This document shows, in pieces, positions 9,914 through 20,006 of a DNA stretch of 64,000 bases. This stretch comes from Dehalococcoidia bacterium. GTDB lineage: Bacteria; Chloroflexota; Dehalococcoidia; Lucifugimonadales; VXLM01. The position numbers and the translations under genes were made by a program. The DNA lies in assembly GCA_963662435.1 (NCBI GenBank), contig OY759598.1, positions 1-64,000 on the forward strand, given 5' to 3'. Numbering within the stretch: position 1 is the stretch's first letter; every line of letters begins with the position of its first letter. The notes beneath the pieces were generated by a model. It had not been told where the DNA came from, searched no databases, and saw only the letters and a list, made by a program, of their open reading frames with translations.

Positions 9914-11917
9914 GTGGCGAAGTTGATCGAACAGGGTATGGAGAACCGTCTCCGAGAAGCATTGAAGCGGACACAGCGGTACTTCTTCCGCACGCAGCAT
10001 GAGGAAGGGCACTGGTGGGGAGAGTTGGAGTCCAATCCAACTATGGAGGCGGAGTACATCATGCTCACGCACTTCTTGGGATCAGAGGAAGAAGACCGGA
10101 TCCCACGCATTGCGGAAGACATCCGACGCAGGCAATCGGCAGACGGCTCATGGCGGATGTACTACGGCGCTCCGGGAGACCTTAGCACATCCATCGAGTG
10201 TTACTTCGCGCTCAAGCTCGCCGGCGATTCCCCGGAAGCTCCTCACATGGCAAAGGCCCGTACCTTCATCCTGGCGTGCGGAGGTGTGCCCAAGGCGCGC
10301 GTATTCACCAAGATATGGCTTGCCCTCTTCGGCCAGTGGGATTGGAAGGGAACGCCTGCCATGCCTCCCGACATGATGCTGCTGCCGAGGTGGGCGCCCT
10401 TCAACATCTACCGTTTCGCGAGCTGGGCGCGAGCCACCATCGTGCCCATGACCATCATTCTCACACTCCATCCCACTCGGCCCCCACACGAGAGCGCCTG
10501 GGTGACGGAACTCTACCCCGAGGGCCCGGTCACGTTCACGTTGTCTCGCTGGAAGGCAAAGCCCTTTTCCCTCAAGGGTTGGTTCCTGGTGTTGGACAGG
10601 GCCATACGCATCTATCGCAAGCTTCCTTTCATCCCCGGCCGGGAAAGAGCAATCAAGGCCGCCGTAGATTGGATCGTCAGACACCAGGAGGCAGACGGTT
10701 CGTGGGCGGGAATTCAGCCCCCCTGGGTGTACTCGCTCATCGCATTGAGCGCCATCGGGTACCCACTGGACCATCCCATCATCTCAAGTGGGCTGGAAGG
10801 GTTCAGGCGGAATTGGAGCGTTCCATCAGAAGACGGTGATGCGCTCAGGGTACAGGCGTGCCTCTCTCCCGTGTGGGATACCTGTCTGGCGATGCGCGGA
10901 CTCCTCGACTCGGGTGTACCGTCTGATCACCCTGCAATGCAACGTGCAGCAGCCTGGCTCATTAGTCAAGAGATCCGATTCAAAGGCGACTGGGCCGTGT
11001 ACAGACCCCACCTGGAACCCAGTGGATGGGCCTTTGAATTCGATAATGTCCACTATCCGGACATTGACGACTCTGCCATTGTGGTGGCGGACCTCGCAGC
11101 CACTAGTATGCACGACGATGCTGGAGAGCGGGCACGGACGGAGGCTCTCGACCGTGCCGTCAACTGGCTGACAGGGATGCAGTGCTCAAACGGCGGGTGG
11201 GCCGCATTCGACTGGAACAACGACTCCCGCGAGTTGGCGAAAATCCCGTTCGCAGACTTTGGTGAACTCCTTGATCCACCCAGCGTTGACGTGACGGCAC
11301 ACGTACTAGAGATGTATGCGAAGCTGGGGTATACGGTGGAGCACCCCGCCGTTCGCCAGGGGCTTTCCTATATCTGGGAACAGCAGGAGCACGACGGCCC
11401 ATGGTTCGGGCGCTGGGGAGTGAACTACATCTACGGAACAGGCGCCGTGCTCCCTGCGCTGGAAGCCCTGGGGGTGGACATGACGCAACCTCGGGTACGC
11501 CGGGCCGTTGAATGGCTTCTGGCACATCAGAACCCGGATGGAGGTTGGGGCGAAACCTGTGTCAGCTACGCAGACCCGTCTCTTCGAGGACAAGGCGAGA
11601 GCACACCATCACAGACTTCTTGGGCTCTTATTGCACTCATTGCGGCAGGTGAGGCGCGGCACGAGTCCATAGCGCGAGGCATCGAATTCCTTCTTGAACG
11701 TCAACAAGAAGACGGAACTTGGGATGAGCCTCAATTCACAGGATGTGGGTTCCCCGGTTACGGACCTGGCGAAAGACCAAACAAGCAAGAACCGCTCGAC
11801 GGCCCTAACTCTCAGGGCCCTGAGTTGGGCGCGGCCTTCATGATCAAATACCACTTGTACCGCAACTACTTCCCGCTCTCGGCGCTTGGCCGGTATGCGC
11901 AGTCACTTTACCCATGA
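9914..11917 (+). CDS. shc: Squalene-hopene cyclase
   Basis: YPDIDDSA DxDD motif, repeated QW motifs (QHEEGHW, QSADGSW, QNPDGGW), GRWGVNYIYGT. ATG 9938 is an alternative start. Confidence 0.96.
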   Translation: MAKLIEQGMENRLREALKRTQRYFFRTQHEEGHWWGELESNPTMEAEYIMLTHFLGSEEEDRIPRIAEDIRRRQSADGSWRMYYGAPGDLSTSIECYFALKLAGDSPEAPHMAKARTFILACGGVPKARVFTKIWLALFGQWDWKGTPAMPPDMMLLPRWAPFNIYRFASWARATIVPMTIILTLHPTRPPHESAWVTELYPEGPVTFTLSRWKAKPFSLKGWFLVLDRAIRIYRKLPFIPGRERAIKAAVDWIVRHQEADGSWAGIQPPWVYSLIALSAIGYPLDHPIISSGLEGFRRNWSVPSEDGDALRVQACLSPVWDTCLAMRGLLDSGVPSDHPAMQRAAAWLISQEIRFKGDWAVYRPHLEPSGWAFEFDNVHYPDIDDSAIVVADLAATSMHDDAGERARTEALDRAVNWLTGMQCSNGGWAAFDWNNDSRELAKIPFADFGELLDPPSVDVTAHVLEMYAKLGYTVEHPAVRQGLSYIWEQQEHDGPWFGRWGVNYIYGTGAVLPALEALGVDMTQPRVRRAVEWLLAHQNPDGGWGETCVSYADPSLRGQGESTPSQTSWALIALIAAGEARHESIARGIEFLLERQQEDGTWDEPQFTGCGFPGYGPGERPNKQEPLDGPNSQGPELGAAFMIKYHLYRNYFPLSALGRYAQSLYP

Positions 11918-12189
11918 AATACCGCCTGAAGGGTGTGCACAGTCAAAGATATGTAGTCTTGAGCAAGCGGTCTTCCGGTTACCTACAGCCGAATCTCCCA
12001 CCGAAAAGTTCGCAGTACTGTACACGTTGGCCCACCAAGGCGGCGCGGTCTCCGCGTAGCTGCTGGTTCATTGACCTTCAGGGTACACGTGTGAGTCAAT
12101 GTCTAGTGGCTCAAGAACAGGAGGAGAGATGACGACTCTAGCTGAGCGGTGGCCATCAAGTTGCACCAGACCTAGCACGGATAATCGAA

Positions 12190-12618
12190 ATGAGCACTAA
12201 TGTCGCATTCGTAGGGGTGAATGTCGCGTTCATAGTTCTGTTCCTGATGACTGCGGGACTAGGTATCCTGCTGGTCATGTCGGCAAGGGAACGGATGCTG
12301 AGGTGGAGCGGCTACGGCATGGCCGTCGTCTATGGCATCCTCAGTGTGACTCTGCCCGTGATCTGGCTATTCGGCTTATCGACCGATGGCTCCGATTCCG
12401 ACTCGTTCGTAAGGGGATGTTCGCACTTTCCGACTCAGCGTGCGGCGCAACTATACTACGACCACACGAGGGATGAAGAGTGGTCGGATGCCGCGGTGCT
12501 GGACTCCGATGGTGATGGGATCGCCTGCGAGGGTGCGACGTTTGCGGAGACTAGCTACTTCACTATGAGGTTCGGGGACGTGCTCTACGTCTTCGAGACG
12601 ACCTCGACGTCACCATAG
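12190..12618 (+). CDS. Membrane protein with an excalibur-like calcium-binding domain
   Basis: Two N-terminal TM helices, then CSHFPTQRAAQ...LDSDGDGIACE. Confidence 0.7.
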   Translation: MSTNVAFVGVNVAFIVLFLMTAGLGILLVMSARERMLRWSGYGMAVVYGILSVTLPVIWLFGLSTDGSDSDSFVRGCSHFPTQRAAQLYYDHTRDEEWSDAAVLDSDGDGIACEGATFAETSYFTMRFGDVLYVFETTSTSP

Positions 12619-12708
12619 AAGGGACCGGAGTAACCCCGCAAACACGCGTGGGGATCTGTAGTACGAAGGTAGAGGAATGTCTGGATGGTTTGGAAACAGT
12701 AGAATGGA

Positions 12709-14091
12709 GCCCTTGCAGGCAGAACCCTCACTGAGGAAGACGACAGGATCAGCCTATTCGCAGTGGGCGACGACGATCAGAACATCTACGCCTTCAACGG
12801 CTCGTCGGTGGAGTTCATACGACGTTTCGAGGCGGACTATGGGGCCAAGCCTGCCTATCTCACCGACAACTACCGCTCCACCGGCCACATCGTCACGGCC
12901 GCCAACGCTGTTATCAGACCCGCCCGGCAAAGGATGAAGATCGGTCATACGATCCACGTCAATCGTGCACGTGAGAAGGACCCCCCAGGCGGTGTATGGG
13001 CTGAACTTGATTCAGTCGCCCGCGGTCGAGTGCAGATATTGCCAGCGAGAGACGATCCCATCTCACAGGCTCAGGTAACCGTAGCCGAGTTGAAGCGGTT
13101 GTCAGGACTCACGCCGAACTGGGACTGGTCTACCTGCGCGGTGATGGCGCGCGAGTGGAGCTACCTCGACCCAGTGCGCAGCCTTTGCGAGCTTGAGGGA
13201 ATTCCAGTCCAGATGGCGAACGAAGACTTCTCAGGCGTCTGGCATCTGCGGGAGACTCAAGCGTTGGTGAACTGGCTGCGCGGGCGGGACTCCCGCTTGG
13301 TGACGAATACTGACCTGAACGAATGGCTGCTTGAGCAACCCTCGGACCCTTGGACCGACCTGCTGGGCGAGGCCGTGGATGAGTACGAGTTGGAAACCGG
13401 CGGAGCGGAAACGTCGGTGAGTCACTTCATCGAATGGCTGGCAGAGTGGGCACGGGAAGTGCGTCGCCGCCAGCGCGGGCTTATGTTACTTACCACCCAT
13501 CGTGCCAAGGGCTTGGAGTTCGACCACGTGGTTGTGCTGGACGGAGGCTGGGACCGCTTTGGACTTGGTGAAGACGCCGATGCCACGCGCCGACTGTACT
13601 ACGTTGCCATGACCCGCGCTCGGCAGACGCTTGCCCTTGCGCGCGTTATGGAGCCGCACCCGCTCCAAGACGCCTTACGGGGCAGTCCCTCGCTGCAGCT
13701 CCGCCAAGCACCTATCGAACTCCCGGCGGCGGCCCCGGAACTGGCTCGCCGTTATCGGCGGCTCAGCCTGCGAGACGTCTTTCTCAGCTTCGCGGGGTAC
13801 AAGCAACATGATCATCCAGTGCATCGCGCCATTGCCTCCCTCGCGCCCGGCGACAGGCTGGAGGTAAGAAACGGCTCGAATCGCTGGGAGCTTCTTGACC
13901 GCGAAGGGACGGTCGTTGGGCAACTCGCTCGTGGTGTCGAGGCCCCCGATGGTATGCGTTGCACGTTTGCTACGGTCTTGGCCGTCGTCACTTGGGACAG
14001 GGAGGGCTCTGAACCGCAGTACCGGGACGGTCTTCAGTGCGATGCTTGGGAAGTGGTGGTGCCGGAGCTGGTGTTCGAGCCAGATACGTAG
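12709..14091 (+). pseudogene. 5'-truncated UvrD/Rep-type helicase C-terminal part
   Basis: AVGDDDQNIYAF, NYRSTGHI, TTHRAKGLEFD and RRLYYVAMTRAR motifs are present, but Walker A/B are missing. The frame is closed by TAG at 12700. Confidence 0.8.
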
Positions 14092-14194
14092 TCCCGCCTA
14101 ACTGTCTCTGGACACTATGGTCGCTACCCTCTTCATGCAGCGGCGTTGTCATGTGATGGTTGCCCACCGGACGATCAATGGCTACCCTCGACGC

Positions 14195-15901
14195 ATGGCT
14201 TTATCCGACCGACAGCTTCTCGACGCCCTCAGCCGGATGCCGTTCGTCGAATCGACGGAGTTGGCACTCATCTTGGGTGAGCCGCAGGCGACCGTCCACC
14301 GCAGGCTATCCGAGTTGATGGCCGATGGCACCCTGGGGAAAATCAACCACGGCACCGTCCACCTGCCATCGAGCGGGAGATACTACCTGACGACACAGGG
14401 GATCCGTGAAGCCGCCTACTTCCTGGACTTTGCCACACCCTCGGACTTCGTGCGCGCCTACCCCATGTCCAGGGAGTGGCTTACCCTGCTCATCCGCCGC
14501 ATGGACGCGGTCGCCGCCGTGTACCGCCTCGCCGCCACCATGTCCCCAGGCACGGACGGACGCAGGTCCCGCGTGGAATTCCACCGCAGAGGCCGGTTCG
14601 ACGCCACCATCACCCTCCACGACGGCCCTGCCTTCGGTGTGGTCCGCCAGGGTTTGGCCCTGCGGCGACGGTCACTTTACGACCGGCTACGAGCCTTGGC
14701 GGAGTACGACTCCAGCCGCCGCCCCGATGTGGTTCTCATCCTGGTTCCCAGTGTGTGGGAGCGGAGGCAGACGGAGAGGTTCTGCGAGCGCGTCTATCTC
14801 TACGATTGTTTCGTCGCCGTGGAGTCTAGGACCGCCCTAGAACGTCGCAACAGCCGCGTCTGGCAGAGCACCTCGTTTCTGATTGGAGGACGGGGCCGCA
14901 CGTTGGAGGGCGTCATCTTCGAGGGCAGGCCCGGCAGAAGGCCCTCCACCGAGTCGCCGGAGCGCAAACGGGCCTCCATACCCCAGCCTGAGCGGCTGGC
15001 GCAGGCCGTACCTGCTTTCGGCATCAGCCCCACTGAGAAGCGGACTCTGGACCTCATCACCGACCACCCGATGATCCCCCGCGAGCATCTGGCCGCCTGG
15101 CTGGGCGTCTCCGAGGGGCGGGTCAGCCAGATGATGCACGGCTTAGTGAAGACCTGGGGCCTTGTCGAGCAACGAGGAAAGCGTGGCGACAGGCGTTACA
15201 CTCTGTCCGACGAGGGCATACGCTACGTCACCCACCGGGACCGGGCCGAGTTGCCCACCACGCGGGGTATCTGGAGCACGGAGCTCACCGCCGACAAAGA
15301 GGGCCGAAGACGGCACGTGGGCCACCGCATCGAGACGTGGGCGCGGCAGACGAAGCACGCCGAAGGCATAACCTGGTTCCTGTCGAAGCTTGCGGCCGAG
15401 GCCAGGGCCGATCCCGACAGCGAGCTGCTGTGGTCCGTGCCCACCGCCCGGTCCGACCGAGCCTACAACTGGGGCCGGTCAGCAATAGCCCCTGACGCCG
15501 TGGGACAGATGACCGCCCAGGGTCTTCGGATACCGTTCTACCTTGAGCACGAGTTGCGCGCCCGCCACCCCAGGGGAATCAGCGCCCGCCTCGAACCCTA
15601 TGACAGCTACTACTGGTCACCGGAGCCGGAGGAAGACCAGCCGCCATACCCCGTCACGCTGTTCGTCGTGGATACAGAAGAGGTCGAGGACACCTACGTC
15701 AGCACCGCCGCCCGGATGAACCGGATGTCGCTGCCCATCCTAGTGTCCTGCATCCCTGTGCTGTCCAGCACGGGGATACTGGGGGAGTCCTGGCGTCCCT
15801 TGTGGGAGCCGGCCTCCCGACGACTGGCGTTGTCTGGGCTGAACGCCTACACCTACGACTCGCTGTACCACCGGATGCGCCCCAGTCCTGTAGAGGGCTA
15901 G
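14195..15901 (+). CDS. Replication-relaxation (Replic_Relax-like) protein with two tandem wHTH-nuclease modules
   Basis: Two HTH-like segments (ELALILGEPQATVHRRLSEL...YYLT; HLAAWLGVSEGRVSQMM...YTLS) and a PDA...FYLEHE PD-(D/E)xK-like motif. The ORF is open from 14117. Confidence 0.6.
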   Translation: MALSDRQLLDALSRMPFVESTELALILGEPQATVHRRLSELMADGTLGKINHGTVHLPSSGRYYLTTQGIREAAYFLDFATPSDFVRAYPMSREWLTLLIRRMDAVAAVYRLAATMSPGTDGRRSRVEFHRRGRFDATITLHDGPAFGVVRQGLALRRRSLYDRLRALAEYDSSRRPDVVLILVPSVWERRQTERFCERVYLYDCFVAVESRTALERRNSRVWQSTSFLIGGRGRTLEGVIFEGRPGRRPSTESPERKRASIPQPERLAQAVPAFGISPTEKRTLDLITDHPMIPREHLAAWLGVSEGRVSQMMHGLVKTWGLVEQRGKRGDRRYTLSDEGIRYVTHRDRAELPTTRGIWSTELTADKEGRRRHVGHRIETWARQTKHAEGITWFLSKLAAEARADPDSELLWSVPTARSDRAYNWGRSAIAPDAVGQMTAQGLRIPFYLEHELRARHPRGISARLEPYDSYYWSPEPEEDQPPYPVTLFVVDTEEVEDTYVSTAARMNRMSLPILVSCIPVLSSTGILGESWRPLWEPASRRLALSGLNAYTYDSLYHRMRPSPVEG

Positions 15902-16193
15902 TCCTTTAGGGGATGACACATAGATAGCGCTGATGCCTCGCTATCTGCCCTCCCTGCTGTTTGGGGGCTGCAAAGTTGCGGAAGCGGAGGGGATTATCGG
16001 AGCCGCCGTTCCAGGATTTTCGGTTCAGTCCCCCTGTTGTAGCTACGAAACGGCGTTGACGTGTCGCCGTAACGTATCGCAACGTGTCAGGCTTCAAAAC
16101 GCGAAACTGTGTTAAAATAACGGACTAACCCGATGAACAACCCATTTGCACTTTTGCAACTCTGACGTGTCAACCGATAGTGGGGGAAAAGCG

Positions 16194-16646
16194 ATGAATG
16201 AGCGCGTCAGGTGGGTGACGAAAGCGGAAGCTGCGGAGGAGTTGGAGGTGTCCTTGTCCACCCTCGACCGGAAGATCAGAACAGGGGAGGTCGAGATCCG
16301 TCGGGAGGGACGCCGGGTCTACGTGCGGATGGTTGGGGAGTACATCACCGACGAGGAACTGGTGCGCCTGGCCATCATCAGGGAGGATGAACTGGCGCGG
16401 ACGGTGCGGGAGTTGGAGCGGAGCGCTTCGGATTGGGAGCAGGAGCGGGCCAAGTTGGAGCGGGACCGGGATGCGGCCCGGGAGTCCGAAACCGCTGCCA
16501 TACGGGCACACAGGGAACTCGAAAAGGCGTACGGGAGGGAACTCGCCGAGCACGGGAGGACGAGGCGGTTGGCCTTCAGGCTCGGCCTGGTCGTTGTCAT
16601 GCTGCTCGTGGTCGTCGGCGTTCTCGTGTGGCGATTGTTTGCATAA
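16194..16646 (+). CDS. HTH (excisionase-like) coiled-coil protein with a C-terminal TM anchor
   Basis: WVTKAEAAEELEVSLSTLDRKI HTH, an E/R-rich coil, then LGLVVVMLLVVVGVLVW. Confidence 0.75.
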   Translation: MNERVRWVTKAEAAEELEVSLSTLDRKIRTGEVEIRREGRRVYVRMVGEYITDEELVRLAIIREDELARTVRELERSASDWEQERAKLERDRDAARESETAAIRAHRELEKAYGRELAEHGRTRRLAFRLGLVVVMLLVVVGVLVWRLFA

Positions 16647-16823
16647 ACTTGATACTGTACGCCTCCCAGTAACTCCAAAGGGCTTAGGTATCCCTTGAAG
16701 GCGACAGCAAGTCATACAGTCATACCAAGACCGGAGGATATTTTGTGACTCGGTGGGCGTACGATTTGGATTGTAGTGTATACGAATCTTGCTCAGCCGG
16801 ACCACTTGAAGGAGAATGAATAG

Positions 16824-17516
16824 TTGGCGTCAAAACTCACCAACCTGTCTCCGGTTACAATTTGCGGCGAGGTCTTGCCCCCACCGCAACTCATTCAGAA
16901 CATCCCAATTTTGCATTGGATTCTGCAAGAGGTTTTGGAGGACTGGCTGCGTGCAGTGAAACCGTATCAAGCGCAGGTTGACAGCGTGGGAGACAACTCA
17001 GTGAAGGAATGGGCCGTTGGCCCCGGCTTCATGGAATTGCAGCCCGCACTGCTCAAGAGTCTCTTCTCCTACGCCTTCTTCTTCGCAGCGGCTGACAATG
17101 CGTATGCGAACTTCTACAAGGATCTGAACCGCGCGAATCATCTTTCAGGCCTTAACCTGAAGCATCGTAAGCCACCGACAAAGAATTCATTTGTCAAGAA
17201 GATCGGTATGATTAGGGACATTGCCATTGCGCATATTCCGTCAGACAAGGCAAATCCCCTCGATGCATGGGCTGCGATGTCTTGGCAGCCCATGGCGTTG
17301 TCATGGAGCCACGGAGACCAGCCAGACCTCGAACAGCTAACTTTCGCACCTCTTCGCTTCCATGCACGAGACACCAAAGGCCGTACCATACAATCTCGGG
17401 ACCTTGAAGTACCTGGCCTAAAGGTTGCGCATTTCAATCACTGTCTGCCATACCTGGAGCGCTTCGACAAGGTTTGCCGAGAGTACTTGCAGGCACTAGA
17501 TGGAGCCTTGGGCTGA
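16824..17516 (+). CDS. Hypothetical protein
   Basis: 230-aa ORF with AAGGAG upstream; visibly lower GC than neighbours; no family recognised. Confidence 0.6.
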   Translation: MASKLTNLSPVTICGEVLPPPQLIQNIPILHWILQEVLEDWLRAVKPYQAQVDSVGDNSVKEWAVGPGFMELQPALLKSLFSYAFFFAAADNAYANFYKDLNRANHLSGLNLKHRKPPTKNSFVKKIGMIRDIAIAHIPSDKANPLDAWAAMSWQPMALSWSHGDQPDLEQLTFAPLRFHARDTKGRTIQSRDLEVPGLKVAHFNHCLPYLERFDKVCREYLQALDGALG

Positions 17517-17753
17517 ATCATAGAAACCATTGAAGGGGATATCCCCTTGATGAACGATGCGTCAAGGTCCTCGCACTGCTGGAGCAGTTTGAGACAATGA
17601 TCTCGCCTACGCTGATCCCAGGATGATGGCTTGGTGTCGTTGCCGCACAGTATCTTGCCATGTGGTAATTCAAGCCCAAACTGTTGACTTGCGTGCGAGT
17701 GATCAATAGAATGACCCATGTTGCCTCTATTTGTGACTCGTAAGGAGTGTGAA

Positions 17754-18017
17754 GTGAACCAGTTAACGGTCAGAGGATTCGATGACGAACTGAGCGCCGT
17801 TATGCACGGCCTCGCTAAGCGGGAGGGAATCTCGCTGAATCAAGCTGCGCTGAGACTCCTGAGGAAGGGGGCCGGGATAACAGATAGCAAGAGAAACCCG
17901 AACGCCATAGGGTCTTCGTTGGATGACCTGTTCGGTGTGTGGAGCCAGGATGAGGCGGATAGTTTCGATAGCGCTCTTGAGGTCTTTGGGACCGTGGACG
18001 CGGCGGCGTGGACATGA
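17754..18017 (+). CDS. Antitoxin (RHH-type, VapB/FitA-like)
   Basis: NQLTVRGFDDEL...AKREGISLNQAAL; AAGGAG RBS; ATGA overlap with the downstream PIN gene. Confidence 0.8.
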   Translation: MNQLTVRGFDDELSAVMHGLAKREGISLNQAALRLLRKGAGITDSKRNPNAIGSSLDDLFGVWSQDEADSFDSALEVFGTVDAAAWT

Positions 18018-18412
18018 GGATTCTGCTGGACTCCAATGCCTACTCCGCGTTTATGCGGGGGAACGAAGAAGTGAGAGCCCTGATACAGGATGCAGAGGAG
18101 GTGCTGTTCTCGGCTGTTGTGGTGGGGGAGCAGCTCTTCGGCTTCCGACAGGGGGCGCACTACGAGCGGAACCTTGCAGAACTCCGATCCTTCCTCGAAC
18201 GTCCCTACGTGTCCTTCGTTCCCGTGGGCCCGGTGACTGCTGACCGCTACTCAAGGGCGATGACTGCGCTAAAGGCGAAGGGGCGGCCTATTCCGACAAA
18301 CGACGTCTGGATTGCGGCCCACGCGATGGAAACGGGCGCCGACCTAGTATCGGCGGACCACCACTTCGAGCACGTTGACGGGATAGTGTGGATTTCGGTA
18401 ACGACTAACTAA
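18014..18412 (+). CDS. vapC: VapC-family PIN domain toxin
   Basis: ILLDSNAY, GRPIPTNDVWIAA and LVSADHHF motifs. Confidence 0.9.
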   Translation: MRILLDSNAYSAFMRGNEEVRALIQDAEEVLFSAVVVGEQLFGFRQGAHYERNLAELRSFLERPYVSFVPVGPVTADRYSRAMTALKAKGRPIPTNDVWIAAHAMETGADLVSADHHFEHVDGIVWISVTTN

Positions 18413-18431
18413 CGCTCACAAGGAGAACGAC

Positions 18432-20006
18432 ATGAAGAAGCACCCACAGCCGCTGACCCCGGCGGCGCTCTACGCCAGGGTGTCCAGCGACCGACAGGAC
18501 GTGGACCTGTCCGTGGCAGCCCAGCTCAGGGCGCTCAAGGACTACGCGAAGGCCAACGGCTATTCCGTAGCCCGCGAGTACGTGGACGAGGCCGAGAGCG
18601 GCCGCGTCGCAGACCGGCCCCAGTTCAGGGAGATGATCGAAGAAGGCAGCAAGCCGAAGGCTCCTTTTGACGTGATCTTGGTCTGGAAATTCAGCCGCTT
18701 CACCCGGAAACGGGAGCACGCCGTGGCCTTCAAGTCCCAGTTGAGGCGCAAGGGCATCCGGGTGGTGTCCATCACCGAGCAGGCCGAGGACAACGCCACC
18801 GGCAGGCTGCTTGAGGGGATCATCGAGAGCGTGGACGAATATTACAGCGAAAATCTTGCGCAGGAGGTCGTCCGGGGAATGAGGGAGGCGGCTTCGAGGG
18901 GCTTCTTCCTCGGCTCCAAGGCCCCCTTCGGCTACAGGAAGGTCAAGGTGCAGGATGGGGCGAAGGAGCGTCCCACCCTGGAGGTTGACCCGGCCACCGC
19001 CCCTGTAGTGAAGGAGATATTCGAGAAGTCGCTTCAGGGCCACGGTCTCAAGGAGCTATGCAAGGAGCTGAACGACCGGGGCGTCACCAACCGGGGCAAG
19101 CGCTGGTACAAGGGAACGCTCCACTACGTGCTGAGGAACGAGGCGTACACTGGCGCAGCCGTGTGGGGCAAGAACAGCAAGGGAGAGAAGGTCCAAGACC
19201 CGGTGAGGGTGGAGGGAGCGTGGCCCGCCTTGGTGTCGAGGGAGCTGTTCGAGGACGTGCAGCAGGCAATGCGGGAGCGCGCGCCCAATGTGCAGAGGCC
19301 CGCGAGGGTGGGGAGTCCGTATCTCCTGAGCGGGCTGCTCAAGTGCGGGGTATGCGGCAGGCCCTATCGTGCTCAGGGAGCCAAGAGCGGACAGTTCGCC
19401 TACTACATCTGCGGGACCCTGTTCACCGAAGGAGCTGGGACGTGCAGCGCCCGCTACCTGAACGCCCCCAGAGTTGAAGACTTTATCGTCGAGAAAATCA
19501 GAGAGCGCATCCTCACCGAGGAGACCATCGTGGAGTTGGTGCAGCTGGTGGCGGAGGAGATCGATTCGATGGCGGGCGAGTTGTCGGGCAGGCTGGAGGT
19601 CGTGGAGGCGGAGCTTGAGGACGTGAGGAAGCGTCTTGGGAAGCTCTACGAGGCCATCGAGACCAGCGACCTGACCCTGGAAGTCCTGTCGCCCCGCATC
19701 ATGTCCCTGCGGCACCGTGAGGAGCAGCTGGAGGCTGCGCGGGAGGACGCCGAGCGCCAGCTGGAGCAGCGCCGGGTTGCCCTTCCCGACGCCGGGGAGA
19801 TAGTGGAGTATGTGGCGGACTTCGGAAACTTCCTGAGGGAGGGGACGATTCCTGAGCGCAAGGCGCTCATCCGCAACTTCGTGGAGGGCATTGAGGTCAA
19901 TGGAGACGAGGCCGTTCTGACGTATACCGTGCCCATGCCGAGGGACGGGGTGAGGCGGGAATCGGCCTCGGTTCTTGATTTCGTCCAGTCCAGCCCGCGT
20001 GCCTAG
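18432..20006 (+). CDS. Large serine recombinase (resolvase + recombinase + Zn ribbon)
   Basis: LYARVSSDRQ catalytic Ser, DRPQF, SRFTR, APFGY, LLSGLLKCGVCG...YYIC...C and a coiled coil. Confidence 0.95.
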   Translation: MKKHPQPLTPAALYARVSSDRQDVDLSVAAQLRALKDYAKANGYSVAREYVDEAESGRVADRPQFREMIEEGSKPKAPFDVILVWKFSRFTRKREHAVAFKSQLRRKGIRVVSITEQAEDNATGRLLEGIIESVDEYYSENLAQEVVRGMREAASRGFFLGSKAPFGYRKVKVQDGAKERPTLEVDPATAPVVKEIFEKSLQGHGLKELCKELNDRGVTNRGKRWYKGTLHYVLRNEAYTGAAVWGKNSKGEKVQDPVRVEGAWPALVSRELFEDVQQAMRERAPNVQRPARVGSPYLLSGLLKCGVCGRPYRAQGAKSGQFAYYICGTLFTEGAGTCSARYLNAPRVEDFIVEKIRERILTEETIVELVQLVAEEIDSMAGELSGRLEVVEAELEDVRKRLGKLYEAIETSDLTLEVLSPRIMSLRHREEQLEAAREDAERQLEQRRVALPDAGEIVEYVADFGNFLREGTIPERKALIRNFVEGIEVNGDEAVLTYTVPMPRDGVRRESASVLDFVQSSPRA

